Assembly: GCA_964035545.1 (NCBI GenBank) | Contig: OZ037771.1 | Location: 4,785,628 to 4,849,627 of the forward strand | Length of the DNA: 64,000 nt | Source of the DNA: Bugula neritina | Lineage: Eukaryota; Animalia; Bryozoa | Reading direction: 5' to 3' | Shown: one piece after another, positions 39,001 through 53,400 of the stretch | Layout: each line of letters starts with the position of its first letter | Position numbering within the stretch: the stretch's first letter is position 1 | Position numbers and translations under genes: made by a program | Notes under the pieces: generated by a model | Told to the model about the DNA's origin: nothing | What the model saw: the letters and a program-made list of their open reading frames with translations, nothing else | Database searches by the model: none

Positions 39001-41416
39001 GTTTATGAAGACCGGTGTTGATGAGGAAAATATCAGCAGATTTACCTTAGGCTTGTTCAAATAATATCATAGTTATGTAATAAATATGTATTGGAATATA
39101 TTAATCAGTTCGGATAAAATACCCACGGATAAAATACCCACGAAAGTTTATAGTCGCTATTTTTGTGAGAACCCCTGATGGAAATCGAGCTAAGGACTTT
39201 TTCTAATTTGGTAAATGATTAGTTACGACTGAATGCTCTTCGTAATATCTCCAGTGTTTGGACTCCAACTCATGGCCTTGTGTTTACTAGACCAACACTC
39301 TAACCCTACACCACAGCTGTTCCCTTATGCACTCGTTCTGATCGCTGCAAACAATTATTTAATAAATGATCTCTAAATTTTAGGAAGAGTATTATGCTAC
39401 TCACCAGTACTTCTTGTCTAAGAGGTCATTGTACCTTGTGCTCTTCAAATTATCAGACGGTGAGATTGGTTTGAGGAACATCAAGCAGTGGCTGGTGAAT
39501 ATTCAAGTGAGTATATATACTCTTTGTCACGTATATATAATCCATACAGTAGAATAGTTATACTCTTTATTACAGATATATAATACATACAGTAGAATAG
39601 TTATACTCTTTGTCACAGATACATAATACTTACAGTAGAATAGTTATACTCTTTGTTACAGATATATAGTACATACAGTAGAATATTTAGACTCTTTGTC
39701 ACAGATATATAATACATACAGTAGAAAAGTTATACTCATTGTCACAGATATAAAATACAACATAATAATGTATGTTATATTGTGTACCGATTTAGACCAG
39801 GTCACCCGGAGCTCCTGTTATAATAGTTGGCAGTCATTTTGATCTCTTCAAAAAGAATCATAGAAGTCACGAGCAGAAGCTGAAGGAGATTAAAGAGTTC
39901 ATTGAAACAAAGTTTGTAGATGTATTTCCATTGTGTCTGCATTTCATCTTCATAGGTTTTATATGTATTTTAGTTACCAATTCAGCCCGTCAAATTGGCG
40001 CAGCAAAAACGAACATAGTTTAATTTCATGCAAGACTTTTAGCTTGAGTTTATTTTTATTATTTCTCAGGCCTTTTTAAATCATTTAATAGTCATACACC
40101 CAGCAGTTTGTAATCTAGCTGCATCTCTAAATTTTATACTGATTTCGTATTTAATCCATAAGTAATGCATTTATCGCTTTACTGGATACTATTTAATCAT
40201 TGGAACATGGTAGTAAAAATCGAGCTTGCCCTGCAATGCACTGTAAATTTGTGCAGATCTTGCTGTGCAATGTTGTGTGAGAAATCTCCCATAATCTCAG
40301 TTTATAGTTGCATTTCTGTGAGAACCCTTTATAGAGAAGCTTGTTACTAATCCGGCTAAGGATTTATTCATATGTGGCACAGGAGCCATTATTACTGAAT
40401 GCTCTCCCTAGCTTTACTAACATCCAGTTTACTAGGCCAGCACTCCACTACACCACGGCTGCTCCTCAGTCTTATATGAATTGCCACTAATTTTTACATC
40501 TATAAAATGCTAGTTTCTGGTTGGAATTGTAGTATGCTATGTATCTTATCTTAGGTATATGATCAATGAGGCTGCTATGTCGGGGCTCCCCAATGTGAGA
40601 GAATTTGTGGTGGTCAGTTCCAGGACTAAGTACAATATCAGTCACCTGTGCAACACCATATACGATGAGGCATGGGCATTACGTGCTCCAGGTATAACCT
40701 TTACTACGTTCCGGTTTTACTACCTGGCAATTCATTTGGAATAGACTTGTATCTGTTTACTTGAGATAAAATATTTAGTTGTGGATATTAAAATAACATT
40801 AGAATTGTTCATGCTTCTTTTATTCTAGAATATTTTTTTATTACGTGATATTGAGCTGTTTTGTTTGCAGTGTTTTTGTGAGTTTAATTTCACTTTAATA
40901 ATTTGATTTGTGAGTTGTTCAATTTTTGGTTTTCAAACTGACATGAAAGTTGTGTGTATTTGTTATTAATTACTAACACTCTGATCTACTGGACTCTTCA
41001 TATTTGTTAGTGTTGGCTTAATTTTTGTTTTGCAGACTAAAACGAGGCCCAATTGTTTGAAAGTATAACTTTTAAAGTTTATGTAAAATTGGATTTATAT
41101 TATATTTTCATGTTTTATAAAACCAATTCATAAAACCTTTCCATAGAGTTCACCAGTTTTTCTTCATTAGTTTTCATAGCAGTGTTTAAATATCTTTCAC
41201 TGTGCAGCAGTGCATATAACCATAAGACTACAACTACTACTAGTACTACTACTGCTACTACTAGTACTACTACTGCTACTACTAGTACTACTAATACTAC
41301 TACTGCTACTACTAGTACTACTACTAGTACTACTAATACTACTACTGCTACTACTAGTACTACTACTACTGTTACTACTACTACAACTACTACCACTGCC
41401 ACTAATACTGCTACTG

Positions 41417-41456
<40 letters not shown>

Positions 41457-44400
41457 CACTACTACCACTACTACTACTACTACTACCACTGCCACTAATA
41501 CTGCTACTGTCACTACCACTGCTACTGCTACTACTACTACTACTACTACTGCTACCACTACCACTATCACTACTAACTACGCATGGCATGTTATATAGTA
41601 TACATTGTGACTAACCCCAACATTGAGTTTATTCTGTTACTACTCATAGTCACTGATCAAGATTCAGCCGGAGGTATAATAGTCTTGCAGCTGTTGTGTC
41701 TGTTATTCTCCTTTCATCAGTGTTGTAGCCACATTGCTTGCTTGAGCTCTGCATTTACGTGTTGAGTTATTTACACAAGACTGTAGCATCTCCATTTACA
41801 CCTGCAACTGCCTGCATTCACCCTGTGCATGTCTGCATACTCGGCAGCCATATTGATAGCCGATTGCTATAGATTTCAGATAGTATTTGTCTATTGGTCA
41901 TGTCGATTATTGTGAAATGCTGCACATGTATTTCTTGTCATCTACACATTATAATATGGTTGTAGAAAGTCAAATCAAGATTTTATTTTCTACGGAGTAG
42001 TATTAGATGCCTTACTCAGAGTAACAATGTCTGGTCTTCATATTTCAATCACTTTTCTGTTTATTACTCTTTATTTCGGGTATCTCTTACAAATGTATCA
42101 TTTCTCCTAATTTAATTATTGTGAATCTAAGCTTTATGTTTGTATAATGACATGTACATGCAGGTAGCTCCACCACAGCACTATTGAACCAGAAAATACC
42201 TGCTATATACATTCAGCTTGAGCAGGTCATCAGTAAGTTGGCTAAGGATAGAGTTGCAGCTAAATCTAACCCAGTGCTAAATGCTCAGGAGTACAGGTGA
42301 GTGGGTTGTAAACCCCCCCCCCCCCACCCCGCCCTGCCTACACAGAGGCTAAGCAATATTATGTCTCGTACAACTGTGTAGTGTGCCAGCTAGTTGCTTC
42401 TGATCTGTTGTTTCCATAGTAAGAGACAGTGTTGAATGAGTTATCAATGCCGGTTAAATATATCATATTCTATTTGTCAAACACTGGCTAAGAATAATGC
42501 TTGCATTAGTTAAAAAAACTTATGAAAAAATATTATTTTTGATAATAGAGAATTAGAAGTCAATTGCTGAATTAATTGACAAAATTTGTTTCATACAAAT
42601 GTGTGATTGAGTTAGTGTGTGAGATGGTTGCAGATTAGTGTTACCCACCAGGGCTGTGGTACGCAGAAATATCTTTTTCTGTATTATCTGCAGAGCTCTG
42701 GTGAAGGAGCAGATTGCATTCAGAGATGACGAGTTGAACCAAGCTACGCAGTTTCTACACGACAATGGCATATTACTTCACTATCACGACGTGGCCCTCA
42801 ATGACCTCTATTTCCTGGATCCTCAGTGGCTGTGTGATATGCTGGCTCATGTGATCTCTATCAAAGAGATAAACAGATATGTTAAACATGGTATACTCGT
42901 AATTCACAATAATATTTTGGGGAATACACACGCACACACCCACACACGCACACACACATGTACAGGCACACACACACGCACGCGCACACACACGCACTTA
43001 TTTGTTCATTTATTTATTTGTAACATGAAAAATTATCTAACAGAATTGTTATAATGTATCAAGTATATCATTGACTCTGTATATTAAGACTGTATGCCCT
43101 ACAACCAGTATGATGTGCCTACTTAGACCCTCAAGGTTATCTCAAGGTCATGTTACTGCTCTGTATACATATCTCTTTCTTGCAGGTATCATGGAGAGGA
43201 AACACCTGCACCAACTGTTCGGCCGCTCATCCATCTACCACTCTGACGACCTGCAGACGTACATCATCTCTTTACTCAACAAGTTTGAGCTGGCTCTAGT
43301 CTGGGACCATGACAACCTCATGTTACCGAGTCTTCTACCTTCTGAACAAGATATTCAGACTATCGAGCCTGTGAAGGTCTGCTTTCAGTTCTAGTTTCTA
43401 TAGTAACATTTTCTATTCCTATCAACAGTTAAAATTATTTTATTGTAACGAACTGAAATAAATAGCTGTGAGATAGCATTGGGTGTTGCGAGTTGGTGAA
43501 AAGTAAAAATTGTAACTGTAGTTGGATATTCAGGCTATCGAGTCTGTAAAGGTTTACTTTGAGTTCTACTTTCTATACAAACTTTATTCAATGCGGCATG
43601 CAGTCATAAGCAGTTGATATTATCTCACTGTGTAATTTTAATGAACTAAAAAGGAATAAACATGCCATAGTGTTGGCTGGTGCAAGTTTTGAAAATATCT
43701 TGAAGTGGGATTTAGACATTTGAACTGTTACTCTCACTAAACTGTTACCTCAAATTTATCAGGTTTATCTTTCAGTTACCAATGTATGATCCTCGACAAT
43801 GTGATGACGTAAGTGCCACTCTTCTATTGCCAATCAAATTTTTAAAAATGAAAATTAAATCAACTTTTCTGAGATGCAATTTGTGAAGTTGGTAAATTAA
43901 AGCATTAGACTTTGATTTGTTTGCTGTTAGCTGCAAGTTGGTGTTGGAGCAATGGGCATGCAGTCTAGGTTAATAGTGTAGCTTTTGAATCTAGTTGGGT
44001 TAGTAGTTGCTTGTCATTAAAGTTAATAGTTACTAGTTATTAAAAACATGGCAGGTTACCAAGTATTCCCAAAAAAAGTTTCAGTTCTTTTTTCTAATTG
44101 AAAAATTTTAATTAGTGATTTGGGAAACTATCTGTTGGAAGTGAAGGTTTTGCTGGTTTATCAACTAATACTGTGTTGGTTTCACTAAAGCCTGACTAGA
44201 AATTTTTACTCTAGGTGTTGGCTTACGAGTTTTAGTTTTATGAACTTCAGTCTGCTAACACTCAAGATAATTAATTTGATTTTTAATCAATAAATTAGCT
44301 GACTTATCAGTTTAGCTCATAGAAAACGCTACTCTGGTCTGGTGTGGGTGAATGATATATTTTGTTTGTTTAGATTCACGGGTTATTGGGTGAAGGTTTG

Positions 44401-47400
44401 GGCCACATTTATAAAACTGGTTTATTTTGTTTTTATTAGCTTATACCTTTAGTGATTATCATATCTATATTCTCTCTAGTTGGAGGTCATCATCCACACT
44501 TCTTATATTGTTAGAAATATTCAGATTTACTTCAACTACCTGCCAGGAAGTTATAATTGCAGTAGATACTTTCATTCTAAGATATGGAGGGGTAAAAGTG
44601 ATGTGTAGTTTGTTATGTAAGATTGAATGTAACTTGATATTTGCAACACATTTGATCATCTAGGTTGTCGAGTGTGATTCTTCACAGGATGTAAACACTA
44701 TTCTAATTTTAGTAACTTAAAGACATTTTCAAGGTGCAGAAGGTGCTAGATATAATAGACCCAAAATAAAATTATAAGATTCCTTCATATGACTTTGACA
44801 GTTTGCTGTAGAACTAGTGGCTACATACAGGTAATTGTTCCCTTAAGGTGAGCTGCTGTTGTTTACCTGTCAGATCTCCTTCTTTACAGATCCCTCTGAT
44901 CCAGTCCACTGCTATCAGACGAAGAGCTACCATCAACTCTCTACGCAAATCTAAATACCGGAAACATGACCAGAAACTAGCTGCATCGACAGCGGCGCTG
45001 TCTGCAGAAGACTATCAGGTTGAGGAAGGAAAGTCGACTTTCTATATGGACGTGGAGAGTTCTTTCACCAAGTCTATGATGAACAGTGTGCAGATACCCT
45101 CTCTAGAGAACAGCTATGTGAGTATATCACTGATATATGATACAAAGTGTATGATATATGCTACATAGTATGCTGTACTGTACTATGATGCACTATCTAT
45201 ATGACATAACAATATACATTACATAATATATGGTATTGTGCTATCATACAGTATATATAGGATATGATGTATGTGTGATATGTAATGCTATATTATATGT
45301 TTTATCGTACTATGATACACTGCCTATAGTATATATGTTAATACATGTATATGCTACATAATATATGATATTTCATTATAATACACTATCTATAGCATAA
45401 TATTATATGTTACATTGTGCTATGATACGCTGTCTATATATGATATGATGATATATGTTGCATAATGTATGGTGTGTCTATTATCAACATGCAGCAGACA
45501 GAAGAGCTAGAAACCTCCATCAAACCTGCACCAGATGTTGATGTATGTCTGCATGTGAACCCCTATATGTTATCTACCATATCATCTACTCTAACTATCT
45601 TCTATGTTGTATACCATACCATCTACCTTAGCATTTTCTATGTTGTGCTTGCTAAAGTGTATCTACCCTCGGCACCATTACACTATGTCTCTTGGTCACA
45701 CAGCCAGGTTGCTGTTGCTAACTTTCCATCAAGTCTGTAACTGTAAGACACACCAGCTTGCCCTCTCCTTGTGTGTAAAGCAGTCTGAATAGTCTAGTAT
45801 GTTGTTCTAGCATGTCTATGCTAAAACCGGAAGGTAGTGGTTATGGTGGGGCATGTCTGCTCCCCCACCTGGTGGCAGTTTCTCCTAGAAGCTAAGCTTA
45901 TAAGCTGTGCATGGATTTGCTATAGTATTTGGGTTTTATATTGTAATGTTGTAATGGTTCAAGTATAAACTGCATGTGGTGGGTGCTTCTTTAGTTTTTG
46001 TATGTTCTATGTATACATTTAGACATACCGTTGCATGTTGTTCGCATGGCCCAACCTTTGTCCCAACCCCTGGTCATCTGATCGCTTTTAAAATGTATTT
46101 GATCCAGGCTATAGTGGTGCTTGTCATGTGAAGTTGTCTTTTCATCGAAGCTACTCTAAATGAATTTTTTTTAGTTTGTAGAATATTGTAATGTAATTTT
46201 TCTATTTGTATTTCATTTTTGTTCCCGCGAAATCTTCAACCTAGTAAATATAAAACATGTTTTTTAAATTTAATATTAAAAGTGCAAAAATAATGAGTAG
46301 CTCATTGATTTTCTGTTTTATAAACAATTTTCAACTTTTATAAAAAAAAACATTTGTAAATTTCATTTATAAATAAGGGATTTTTTTTAGAAATTTATTG
46401 TTAAATATTAGGCTTTTAAGATGAAGTTGTATTTTTAAATTGTTTTGCAAATTACAATACCAGGGTAAATGTAAAATAAAAATCAATATGATATAATACC
46501 TCTATGGACAGTCAATTCCACAATTTACCTATATAATGTTACCTAATTAGCTAAATAACTATTTTGGCAAATAATTTGTGGTGTGTAGACTCGTGTTTGC
46601 CCTGTACCATTGACCTGGTAATCAATGCTTCTATCTAGATGAGTTCAAGGCCACACGACTCCATAAGACGTATCTACTTCCTGTCGTACATACCCTCCGG
46701 TTTCTGGCCGCGTCTCATCTCCAGAATCTACCGAGACCAAACCATCAGCATCCTCTCCGAGTTCTTGTTTGATGTGCCTAAAGACTACGCCAAAGTCTTC
46801 CAGGTTTGTTTCCTATGGTGGTAATTGATAGTGTTTGTGATTCAGCCTATTTCAACATGACACCACATCTGAGGTGTCTAACTGGTGTCAGGCAGGTGTC
46901 GGGCTAGTGTGAAAGACACCGGGTGTCTGCTGCTTACTTTTATTAAATAACTAGTCAATTAATTTTTTATATCAGTTATGCTTTAAGTCCGAGTGAGCAG
47001 TGTTTAATAGAAAGGATTTTAGTCAATTTTTTGTACTTTTGACTGCAAATAATTTTTATCCCAGCTAACCTGTATCCAATAAATGTAAATATATACTCCA
47101 ACAATATTTGGCTAAAATGAAAGTTATAACTATTTATGGCATTGTATGTGTAGTTGTCTTCTTTTGTCTGTTGTAGAGTCGATCTTCAAGGTCATGGCAA
47201 TGCTGGAAGACAGGTCTGTCTCTTCAGTACTTGACCTCTGACCTTCTCAAGGTCAAAGAAGTACACCGGGAGCTGAGTACCGACTTTGTGCCATACTATC
47301 AGTCTGAGTTGCTCATAGCGTCTGGCAGGAAAGGGTTCAGTCAGCTGGACGTGAGTCATCCCATCATTTCATATACTCAATCTATAGTAGCAAGATTTTA

Positions 47401-50400
47401 CTTATTAGGATACAAATAACAGAACTTGACTATCTGAAGACTTTGATTAAAAGTGTACTTACTGTGTGTTCCACACTGGAATTCAGAAACCACTGAGAGC
47501 CTAACTAAATTCCCCGCTCTCTTATACAAACTTTGTTTCTAATACGTAATGACTATCTGCGCACATTTTCACAGCTTCATTTGATAGGGTGATTTTCACT
47601 GCAGCCTATTTATGTGTGCATATATTGTACGCATATGTCGTATACTCTACCATTTCATTTAGCTTATACAGCATTGAATACGGGGACACGTGCTGGTTGC
47701 TGAATAGTTTGCTGTGTTGCAGGTGTCTACTGTGAACATTCTAGAAGTTGAGGTTCTAGAGAATGTAGTTGAGATTCTAGACTCAGATGGGGCTGCAGTA
47801 TCTACATACTATACCAACATTGATATCAAAGGTGGGCCTTGTCTTTGTATCTACTGTCTATCAAACTAGAGCTCATTGTGAAACTCATCTGTGACTCTTT
47901 GTTATAAAAGAAGGTTATTATTTCGCAAATATTGAACAACGTGCAAGTTTAATCAGTCCAGGAAGTTGGCATTGATGTCAACAATCCACTTTAGTAAATA
48001 CATATATTAGAAGGTAAGAGTTTTCTGTTGAAATTGCTGAGAAAACTTCAAGAGATAATCTCGATATTTCATTAAGCGGTGAAATTTACTGAAATCTGCG
48101 CTACTGTGTCTAGTGTTTTCTAATTTGTTGACAATTTAGCCAAGCTCTTGGCCAAGGTAGTGGAGCACATAGAGACACTTCTTGAAGACTGGTATCCTGA
48201 TCTGGGTGAGAAGTTTCAGCACACGGCCCGAGGTAAATATTTGGTACAGAGGCTAGTTGTGTGCCCCTCTTGTCTGGAGAGATGGAGCAGTGATATGAGA
48301 AGGGCAGGGGTAAGGATCCTCTACTTTACAATGATACATGCTGGTATTATATACCCGCTTAGTACTGCCATAGCGTCAAATTAATTTTTGCATAACTTAA
48401 ACTGTTTTATATTATAACTGTACACATAGCAGGACTGTTCACACACTGTGTAACTACATGTAAACACTGTGTAACTACATGTACTACACACTGTGTAACT
48501 ACATGTGCACACTGTGTAACTACATGTACACACTGTGCAACTACATGTACACACTGTGCAACTACATGTACACACTGTGTAACTACATGTACAAAGTGTG
48601 TAACCACATGTACACACGTGTTACGTTGTTTTGCAGTCAGGTGGTCCCAAGGACTTGGCCGTCTTAGGCTCATCATCTGCTCTAAGCTCCAGGTAAGTAT
48701 TACATGAACTTTAGTTTGGGTAGCTAATCTCTCGTTCAAGTTTCATGTGTTGGTGTTATTTATTATATTGTCAAACAAAATCTTCTGTGATATGAAGTCT
48801 TTTTCACACTGACTGTGTTGCCCATCACCACTTTTCACTCAATAATTTTTTTCATCCCATTTCTATTCAATGCTTTAAGCGATTTAAGGTCACATTTTAT
48901 TGCTTTTTGTTTGTATTAATTCTGCTTCTGTATTATATTATATGTAACTCTCTCTTTTTACAGGAAATCCTTGGCGGGGAAGTCAAAGTTCTCCAGTCTG
49001 ACGATGTTCTCTGTGGAACGTCTGCTTAAGCAGTTCTACGACTCCAACACAGATATTAGATGCAGGGCGAAGCACACACTGGACATGGCTAAATACGCCC
49101 CCGACTTGGTGTGTGAACTCTTTCCACTTCCTGTCATGTGCTGATTAGGCTTGTAGGTATAAGTTAGCTAGGTAGTGGCACGGTCAGCATCGATTCAGGT
49201 TATGATGGAATCCTTAGTTAAATGAGTGTGATATGAATATTTTTATATTTGGTAAGGTGTGTCGCTACAGGTTACTTTGGTTATAAAAAAACTCACACAA
49301 GTTTATAGTCACTATCTCTGTGAAAAACCCCCAATAAAAAGAATTTTTAAGCAGGCTAAGGACTTATTCAAATGAGGCACAGGAGCAATTATGACTAGAT
49401 GCTCTTCCTAACATCACCAATGGCCTTTGTCAGGGTTCGAACCCATGACTTAGTTGGATGGGTGTAATATGGATTTGTTTGTATTTGTTAGTTCTGTGGT
49501 ATCAATGTTATAAAAAGTAATAAACTATTTCCTATTTATTTTCATTATAAATTAGTTTAATCCTAACTTTTTTAAATACATGCTGAAAGCCTCCCTGTTG
49601 TACCTGCCATACATTCTCTCTTTACCACTTGTAATTATCTGCATGCTATCTTTTTGGACAATGTATAAAGAAGCAGTAATCTGGGGTCGTTTTGTAATTA
49701 ACATGGTGTGAATATTTCTGCAGATATTTGCTGATATCTATCGCACAATGCAGTCTGAAGATGTAATACTCGGCAAAGCTCTAGGTAAAGGCGCTTTCGG
49801 AGTTGTGTTTGTCGGAACTTTGAAGGAAAAGGTGAGATAATGCATAAGACAACCTTTCATGCTGACTTACAATAACTCTTATTCAACAACTGGAATTTAG
49901 ATGACATACTAAGTGGGATCTGTTGAAAAAACACACTGTGCCAGGTGTCAGGGGATATGAGGTGTATACTTTGCCCATCATGTATGATAAAAGCATTTAG
50001 ATAGAAGTTCAACTCAGTCTGTTTAATAAAAGTGCAAGAAGAGGAATTTAGCCCTGTGCAGAGTTTGCCTTGTATTATTTTACACTGAAGGTGTTAGTGT
50101 CTGACATATTGTAGACTTCCGCTATCAAGACTGGTCTGGCCGTGAAGTCAATGCAGCCCCACGACCCCGGTGAGGAGGCATCTGACAGTCTGAAGAGGCA
50201 TTATGAGGTGAGATACTTCCGGCAGACACCATCTAACTAATTAGAAATAAATAACTCATATATTGGTGTTAGTTTTTGCTATTCTTATTCTTTGCTTCTT
50301 TTCTTATTTGCTTTTTTCTTATTACCAATTGCGTTGCATATGCTGAATGTAGCAAGCGGCCCGAAAGTGGAATGCTGAGCCGTCACGCAACATCTTCACA

Positions 50401-53400
50401 GCTTATTGTAACGCCAGACAGGAGATCAACATACTTAGCGCTATTCAACACCCTCATATCGTGTCTCTTGTGGGCGTACTGCTCTCCCCCCTCTCTCTTC
50501 TCTTAGACCGGGCTCCTTGTGGTAGCCTTCAGGATACTATTGAAGAGTACTCGCGGGACGGGCTGAAAATACCCTTCTCGGCTATACAACAAGTTGTTGT
50601 GCAGGTACTCAGTCTAATCAAAAATAAGTCAGGTACCAAGTCTACCTGATAGAGTTGAAAGGTTAAGCGTATATTGAACTCTATTCTGGGAATGTCAATA
50701 GATTTAAGATGCTTACGTGTCACCTCCAACTTGGTATGCTGATTACACCTCCAAAGTTTGTATTTAGTATGTATGCTGATTACACCTTTATGACGTTGTG
50801 ACAATGTAGTCGTAATACTGGTATTTCCTGTGTTACAGATTGCTCAAGCCTTGGATTATCTACACAACAATGGAGAGTCTCAACTCATATACCGAGATCT
50901 AAAGGCTGATAATGTGTTAGTGTGGTCCATGACTTCTCCCCACATTAATCAGCCGAGTGGGAATGTGGACGTCAGGCTAGCCGACTTTGGTGTGAGCAGA
51001 GCTGGTAGGTAGCCACACCACTGTAGCATTCTGTCCTCCAGGTGGTGGTCAGTCTTAGACAGAGCAGACAGGGGCACACCTGACATTCTCTATTAGTCTA
51101 ACTCAAGCATACCCCTGTCTCTCATTGGTCTGTTATACATTCAGCCTGTGCATACACAATATTCATTTGATCAATGTCCTAAACATTCCTCTGAAAACAA
51201 GAAATTTAGTAAGTAATTGCACAGGGTTTTTGACATATATGCAAGCTGGCTCAAACTACCAACATTTATTATCTTTGCAGTAAACAATAAAAATTCATTT
51301 TTTTAAATTTTGCGTCCTGAAATGGTGCAAATTTTAAAGCACCCAAGAGTCTGTGGCATAAAACTGGTGTTGGTAACAGTAGTTAAGCTAAACTACTCTG
51401 GTTTATTTACTGATGGTAGTAAAAAGTCGCAATGCAACTAGTGATAGCCTTGATACCATGCTATATGTGTTGTGTTACCAATATGTCTATTCATGTTTAG
51501 TATCAGACAACACTGCCAAGGGTATACGAGGTACCCCAGGCTATATTGCCCCTGAGATATTGGAGTTCCAAGGGACAGAAGAATACACAAACAAGGTAAC
51601 AGAGTTTCTCCACTTGATGTGTACATAATGTGTTGCTAAGTGGGTCATTTTACTTACTTTAGTACACAGTATAATATATCTCTAGTTTTAGCTAATTTTC
51701 ACAGTTTAGCCACTAATGTATATGGTTACTTGCATTAAAATAATCAAATATTAAAAAATGCAATTCAATAGGCAAGGTTGTTTTATAATTTTATCCTAAT
51801 TTTTTGGGGTGTATGGGTGGGATGCTTTTTTCATCACGCCCACACACCCAAAGTTACTAAAAAATTAGGATAAAACATAAAAAATCAAGCAAAATTAGAA
51901 AATAACCTTCCCTATTAAATTGTATTTTTTAATATTTGATCATTTCAATACAATAATTTACATGCATTAGCTGCTAAACTGTGAAAATTAGCTAAACAAC
52001 TAGAGATATAAATTAAGTATAATGACCCAAGTTTCACTTCACATTTTCGATACTCCTTATATTTCTGACAATGGCATCAGTTTTACTCGACAGTTGATTA
52101 TACTGGTGCTGACACATGACTAGCAGAGTTCAAGGATAGATATGCCTCCAAAAAAATTACTGCAAAAAATCAACAAATAACTCTACAATCTAGTCAATCA
52201 TAACTTTGATTTGTCCAAGTCATGGTGACCCCTAGTTAGTAATGCTACAAATTCACTGTTTTGATGTAAGCAATTGCAACCAATGACTCAAGGCTTCCCC
52301 AACACACAGCTGCTCTGGGAGAAATCTCCATGTGTCTGATCATTATACACATGTCCGCAGTATGCTTCTTTTCCACAGCCCTTATGACTAGTTGTACACG
52401 TGTTCATCTTGCTCCAGTAATGGATTAGTTTATTGGTACTCTGTATTGTATTAATGTATTGGTACTCTGTAATATTCCTGAGTCTGTAACACATTCTCTC
52501 TAATGTCAGGTGGACTGTTACTCTTTCGGGAGTTTCCTGTACGAGCTGATAACTCTAAAGAGGCCGTTTCATAATGCTGATGGCAATAACATCTCAGGCT
52601 ACGTTTTAGCCGGCAAACACCCAAGCATTTCGTTTAAGGTGGGTCTTTCTTTGCTATCTTTCCTATAGACTACGTTATGTAATACGCTAATAATAAGTTA
52701 CAATCACTGCTGTCACTTCTAAATAGCAGCAGTTTTATAAATTTTTGGTATTTTCAAGCTGCACTTATTCAGCATGTTGCTAATGTAACAAGACTTACAC
52801 TGGTTAGTAGTATATAGTTTATGGTTTTCTTATTAGGAGTTGTTATTCCCTACCGCCATGTTGGACCTGATGATCAAATGCTGGAGTTACGATCCCAAGG
52901 AAAGGCCGTCTGCAGAGGAAATAGCGCTCATAGCCTCAGATCAGCAGTTCTGTCATCTCCAGGAAGCCGTGAAGTGTGACATGGCTATTGATCATGTGAC
53001 CAGCAGCTGTTTGGTTAATAAGAGTGTTCCGATTGATATGAGTGCTTCTGTCATTGGTTAGTTTCTAGCCAATCAAGTCGTACTAACTTATATGTGTGTA
53101 TTTATTATTATACTATATAGAAGATAGAAGATAAATATAGACATGAGTTAGGTGAGATGACCTCTATAGTCTCTTACTATGACATGTTAATCAATATTAG
53201 TTTGTCAATTATTAGATATCGTGCAAGTTCTGAGATATTTTCATGAAATATTTATGCGTTACTGGTGTAATGCTGTAGATTACGCAGTGCATACAGCATT
53301 ACACATTCGATATAAATGTAAACTTTTGTTGGCCAGATGTAGTTTTTTATGTTATATAAATGTGAAGATAGACGTGAATTAGAGAGACATAGTTTATTGT

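Noticed and set aside
41115-41614. Poly-Thr mucin-like, poly-Val, poly-Ser and poly-Leu ORFs
   Set aside because: All are frames of one (ACT)n microsatellite in intron 23; the flanking exons join in phase without it.
44874-44889. Upstream acceptor for exon 28 at 44873
   Set aside because: It would need phase 2, but the preceding exons end in phase 0; the AG at 44889 has the better pyrimidine tract.
30171-48739. Repetitive ORFs 30171-30398, 37186-37422 and 48381-48739
   Set aside because: Translations of intronic minisatellites, mostly antisense to LRRK.
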